DNA of 32,000 bases from Propionibacteriaceae bacterium (GTDB taxonomy: Bacteria > Actinomycetota > Actinomycetes > Propionibacteriales > Propionibacteriaceae): contig JAIRQE010000013.1 of NCBI GenBank assembly GCA_031256725.1, positions 1 to 32,000 of the forward strand, in the 5' to 3' direction. The notes beneath the pieces were generated by a model. The model saw only the letters and a program-made list of their open reading frames with translations, did not search any database and was not told where the DNA came from. Positions within the stretch are counted from its first letter, which is position 1, and each line of letters starts with the position of its first letter. The position numbers and the translations under genes are program-made. Below are positions 29,012-32,000 of this stretch, one piece after another.

Positions 29012-29196
29012 GACGGGATATGTGTGAGGTCCTGCATAAGTTTCGTTAAAGTGGTTTCGCGGTCACGTTAAGCCCACTGAATCCAGTCAAAACTATGGTT
29101 GGCATCAGTCTTTACGTGCATCAGCGAGCAACACGAGCCGTGGGTACTGCTGTCATGAAGGCTACTACACTGGAAATATAATTACAACCTGATAAC

Positions 29197-30264
29197 TCAT
29201 CTTGCTTTGAAGTATCTAGATAAATTATTTGCCTTTATTCGGTGGGAACCTATGACCGTACCCAAGAGAACACCAAAAAAACCACACAAAAGAACCCTTG
29301 CTGCTATCTCCCAGAGCGTATCCATGTCCATTGGGAGCAAATGGTTGATGACGACTGCATCTATGGCTAAGACGATACTTGATCCAACTAGAAGACAGAT
29401 TCCATGCTCAATAATTAGTTGCCATAGTTGAGCGGGCCACGAGACACCAACATGTTGAACTGATGCAAGTTCAAGCCGTCGTGCCCACACTAGAACAATT
29501 CCATTGATTATTCCCAAAATTAATGTAAAGGAAGGGGCATGCTGTGTAACCCTTTGATGTAGCTTCGTATACCCAGTGAACTGGGTGCCCAAAGTTGTGT
29601 TGACTTGAGAATAGTCTGTCTTTATTTGCATGTCTCCATTAGGGGCATTAACCGTCAAGCGCAGCAGAATCTGAATGTTTTCTGGAATTGGCCATGCTTT
29701 TACCCAGCATTCATCGAAAAGGCTTTGAGATGGTATAGGAATCAGTGCAGCATAATCAAAGCCTGGTCTACGACCATCACTAGGCCAATGGTAGGTGCCC
29801 TGCACCTGGGCTGTTCCAGTCTTAAGTAGTAATGGATAACCTGAACTAACTCCAAGTGTGGAAGCAACTGTACTGGAAAGGAATAATCCAACTTGGCCTG
29901 AGTCTTCTACATCGAAGACTCCAAGAGCACCTTCCGATACTACATAGGAAGCAATAGGACCACGTGGTAGTACAATAGTTTCGAGAGGTTCTTCCTCGAT
30001 TCGAATCGCTCCTGATGCGATAATAGAAGGAAGTTTGGATAGTTGATCACATACTTCTCCGTTAACACGACCAGGACTTGTTACAGTAAATGTTGACGCA
30101 CCAGAATCGCGATACTTATATGCTTCATTTGTTATATCTTGTACAATCATAAGATCCACGATTGTGGCAATAACTGTAAACGCGACAAACATCATGACAA
30201 GATGTAGAGGCTTCGATGTGCCTGACACCAGGTTTTCTTTGGCTTCTAGTGCAACCCAACTCAT
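29197..30264 (-). CDS. MacB/FtsX-type ABC transporter permease
   Basis: An N-terminal TM helix (LHLVMMFVAFTVIATIVDLMIV) is followed by a ~200-aa extracytoplasmic domain and then three TM helices. These carry an FtsX-like ARRLELASVQHVGVSWPAQLWQLIIEHG segment. The ATG overlaps the ATPase stop (ATGA, 30261-30264). Confidence 0.8.
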   Translation of the reverse strand: MSWVALEAKENLVSGTSKPLHLVMMFVAFTVIATIVDLMIVQDITNEAYKYRDSGASTFTVTSPGRVNGEVCDQLSKLPSIIASGAIRIEEEPLETIVLPRGPIASYVVSEGALGVFDVEDSGQVGLFLSSTVASTLGVSSGYPLLLKTGTAQVQGTYHWPSDGRRPGFDYAALIPIPSQSLFDECWVKAWPIPENIQILLRLTVNAPNGDMQIKTDYSQVNTTLGTQFTGYTKLHQRVTQHAPSFTLILGIINGIVLVWARRLELASVQHVGVSWPAQLWQLIIEHGICLLVGSSIVLAIDAVVINHLLPMDMDTLWEIAARVLLCGFFGVLLGTVIGSHRIKANNLSRYFKAR

Positions 30265-30863
30265 GTGTACTTCTCCAGATTAATTATGTCTGAACAAGCC
30301 TCTCGTGTGCTTGTAGCATGTGTGGCAATAACAACAATAGTTGTTCGCTGGATCAAAGCTCCAAGGCATGCATCAACAGTCTGTGCAGTCTGTATGTCAA
30401 GCTGTGCCGTCGGCTCATCGACGAGAAGAAGATGGGGGCGTGCTGCTATTCCGCGAGCCAGCATGAGGCGCTGCGCCTCACCACCAGACAATTCACAAAA
30501 TTCCCTATAGGTGGCACTGGATAAACCAAAATCATTGAGGAGTTGTTTCGCTCGGTGTACTGCATCACTTCGAAAGAGACCTCTCGCAAGAAGTGGTAGT
30601 ACAACATGGTCTATTGCACTGCGGTGAGCAACTCCATGAGGATTCTGAAACACCCAACCGACCCGGTTAATGCCCTCGTATTCCACTGCACCTTCAGTTG
30701 GATCTAACCATCCTGTGAGTATGGACAGTAGTGTACTCTTACCAGAACCCGAAGGGCCCACTAATGCATATACGCGGTGCGGCTCTAAAGTCAGCGACAA
30801 ATGACGAAACAAAAATGGTTGTCCAGAAAAGCTATGACCGATATTGTCTAATTTGACTTGCAT
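30261..30863 (-). CDS. ABC transporter ATP-binding protein (MacB/LolD-like, 200 aa)
   Basis: Walker A GPSGSGKST, Q-loop VFQNP, signature LSGGEAQR, Walker B LLLVDEPT, D-loop AQLD and H-loop IATH. Confidence 0.9.
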   Translation of the reverse strand: MQVKLDNIGHSFSGQPFLFRHLSLTLEPHRVYALVGPSGSGKSTLLSILTGWLDPTEGAVEYEGINRVGWVFQNPHGVAHRSAIDHVVLPLLARGLFRSDAVHRAKQLLNDFGLSSATYREFCELSGGEAQRLMLARGIAARPHLLLVDEPTAQLDIQTAQTVDACLGALIQRTTIVVIATHATSTREACSDIINLEKYT

Positions 30864-30869
30864 GGTGAA

Positions 30870-31862
30870 CTATCCGCAGGTCGCATTGCTTGTACTATCA
30901 AACGAAACCATTTCTGGAACTTTGATCGCTTCCTCGGGAACGACGTATGATCTCCCCAGTTGAGAACCGACAATGCTTACGCTAACTGGTTTCCCGTCGG
31001 CAACAATGCAGGACTGTCCTGTCGAGTTTACGGTAACTGCACTAGGAGGAATCACCCAAGCCTCGACAGAGTTCACCAATGACCAAGTTGTAGTAACATC
31101 ACCATCGCCATTAAGGGCCCTTCGGTAGGTGGATGTTGAGGCAATGCGCGCAAGCGATTCAGATTCTGTAACTCTACCCAACTCGTCAGTTAATAGAACT
31201 GCCCCGTCCATAATTAGTTGTCGGTCTCCTGGCATCATTTCCTTTGGTAGCTCACGCACGGAAGCGGAAACGACAACAGGAGGAAGCATTGCCACAGTTG
31301 TATTTGCAGTGACTTCTTTTCCCACTGACAGATCACATGAAGAAATAGTGACCTCCTGTGCAGGAAGCCAAATTAAGAAAGATGGGTCAATGCTAAATAA
31401 TTTCCCGGGATTTCCACCTATAGATTTGAGAAGGTTCTCATAGGCTCGAACAACATCACGAGTAATAGATTGGTCGCTAACACCAGCGCCTAACGCATTA
31501 ATAGCTTTTATGAAATCATTTACATCTGACCCTGTCGAGGATAGAACTAACTCTCGCCATAAAGGTTGGATTGTTGAAAGAGCAAGTAAGGGTTGCCCAT
31601 CGATACTAACGAAAGATTGACCCGATTTGAGTGTCATACCTGGAATGCAGGTCGAACTTGTCAGTAGGCCCGTTTTCGCCACTGTTATAGGAGGACCCGG
31701 CAGTGTTGTAATCATCAGGGAAACAGTGTGTGGGTCAAAGAATTCTTCCGAAACTACTGGTGCAGCAGTCACTGGGGTTGGAGATTGCAGTACCTCTGGA
31801 ACCCTTAGGGGCGCAACTGCCATTCCCAAAAGTAATCCCAATGCTATGGCAGCAGCCAGCAC
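30870..31862 (-). CDS. membrane-anchored HlyD-like adaptor protein with a peptidoglycan-binding-like central insert; the 5' end may extend to ATG 31920 across a 1-nt frame discontinuity
   Basis: N-terminal hydrophobic helix, then beta-rich segments (GLLTSSTCIPGMTLKSGQSFVSIDGQPLLAL; AWVIPPSAVTV..SCIVADGKPVSVSIVGSQLGRSYVV). The central segment GSDVNDFIKAINALGAGVSDQSITRDVVRAYENLLKSIGGNPGKLF (about 31383-31538) resembles PG_binding_1. It lies 6 nt upstream of the ABC ATPase. The assignment is by eye only. Confidence 0.65.
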   Translation of the reverse strand: MLAAAIALGLLLGMAVAPLRVPEVLQSPTPVTAAPVVSEEFFDPHTVSLMITTLPGPPITVAKTGLLTSSTCIPGMTLKSGQSFVSIDGQPLLALSTIQPLWRELVLSSTGSDVNDFIKAINALGAGVSDQSITRDVVRAYENLLKSIGGNPGKLFSIDPSFLIWLPAQEVTISSCDLSVGKEVTANTTVAMLPPVVVSASVRELPKEMMPGDRQLIMDGAVLLTDELGRVTESESLARIASTSTYRRALNGDGDVTTTWSLVNSVEAWVIPPSAVTVNSTGQSCIVADGKPVSVSIVGSQLGRSYVVPEEAIKVPEMVSFDSTSNATCG

Positions 31863-31956
31863 GACGATAGTGAAGGGTGCCGCGCGGTGCCAGGCTTTTT
31901 CCTGGTTGCTGTATGCTCATTTCTATTCACCATAACTCCAAGGGTTTCTTCAAATG

Positions 31957-31984
31957 ATACCATACACCAATTGAGGTGTCGTAT
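31957..31984. promoter_or_regulatory. imperfect inverted repeat ATAC-cat-ACACC-aattga-GGTGT-c-GTAT upstream of the island operon (candidate operator)
   Basis: Core ACACC (31964-31968) / GGTGT (31975-31979) with a 6-nt spacer, and outer ATAC/GTAT arms. It lies 37-64 nt upstream of ATG 31920 on the minus strand. Confidence 0.3.
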
Positions 31985-32000
31985 TTCAGTGAATAATCTG

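Noticed and set aside
29012-29196. Mini-ORFs in the spacer at the composition junction: + strand 29095..29181 (28 codons), - strand 29121..29068 (17 codons, MHVKTDANHSFDWIQWA), and a 19-codon one. These are possible exported-peptide genes.
   Set aside because: None has a Shine-Dalgarno sequence, a leader-peptide motif or any supporting feature. They are indistinguishable from chance in AT-richer DNA. I also found no convincing terminator hairpin or att-like repeat here.
31735-31920. Cys-rich 61-aa ORF (MSIQQPGKSLAPRGTLHYRRAGCCHS..SDCCTSSFGRIL) upstream of an exporter, superficially like a peptide precursor
   Set aside because: After the A5 run it is simply the alternative frame of the adaptor's Ala/Leu-rich membrane anchor, which automatically yields Cys/Ser/Gly. 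Its first 8 codons join the adaptor frame perfectly if one A is removed. I interpret it as a frame discontinuity, not a separate gene.
1-32000. CRISPR arrays, rRNA/tRNA genes, IS elements or integrases
   Set aside because: I scanned the intergenic regions and the ORF track. There are no spaced repeat arrays, no cloverleaf candidates beyond the rejected fragment, no transposase- or integrase-like ORFs and no terminal inverted repeats.

Overview
This is a moderate-GC actinobacterial chromosome segment, about 55% GC in hand-counted core samples. It is almost entirely housekeeping and very tightly packed. I call 31 CDS and recognise no rRNA, tRNA, CRISPR array, transposase or integrase. By my gene calls only about 1.5 kb is non-coding. 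Left to right the window holds the miaB 3' end, the lhr helicase and an O-methyltransferase (-). A 16-gene co-directional run follows: gatCAB / mtrA-mtrB-lpqB-comF-hpf / thrS-HIT-pgsA / gcvH-garA-ftsR-merR-gcvP. After it comes a mixed-strand block: alpha/beta hydrolase, small Zn-ribbon-like protein, PduO-type adenosyltransferase, cyclophilin lipoprotein, nucS, a DivIVA-domain coiled-coil protein, a VOC/methylmalonyl-CoA-epimerase-like gene, and a small TM protein plus a bPH-domain protein. The order reproduces blocks known from Mycobacterium, Corynebacterium and Streptomyces, with two local omissions. There is no DUF151 nuclease gene between the two MerR genes, and no acyltransferase/pimA after pgsA. 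The only clearly accessory part is the last ~3 kb (29.0-32.0 kb), which is more AT-rich (about 44% GC in a hand-counted sample). It carries a compact minus-strand operon for a membrane-anchored HlyD-like adaptor with a peptidoglycan-binding-like insert, a 200-aa ABC ATPase and a MacB/FtsX-type permease. The 5' end of that operon shows an apparent 1-nt frame problem at an A5 run and a palindromic candidate operator, and its upstream context is cut off by the window edge. Smaller items are a perfect 18-bp tandem duplication in a divergent promoter region, a zinc-ribbon N-terminal extension on the GarA/OdhI-type FHA regulator, and structured leaders before thrS and gcvH. I did not find a convincingly new multi-gene system beyond the island cassette. 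All calls come from reading the translated ORFs and motifs by eye; no database searches were run.
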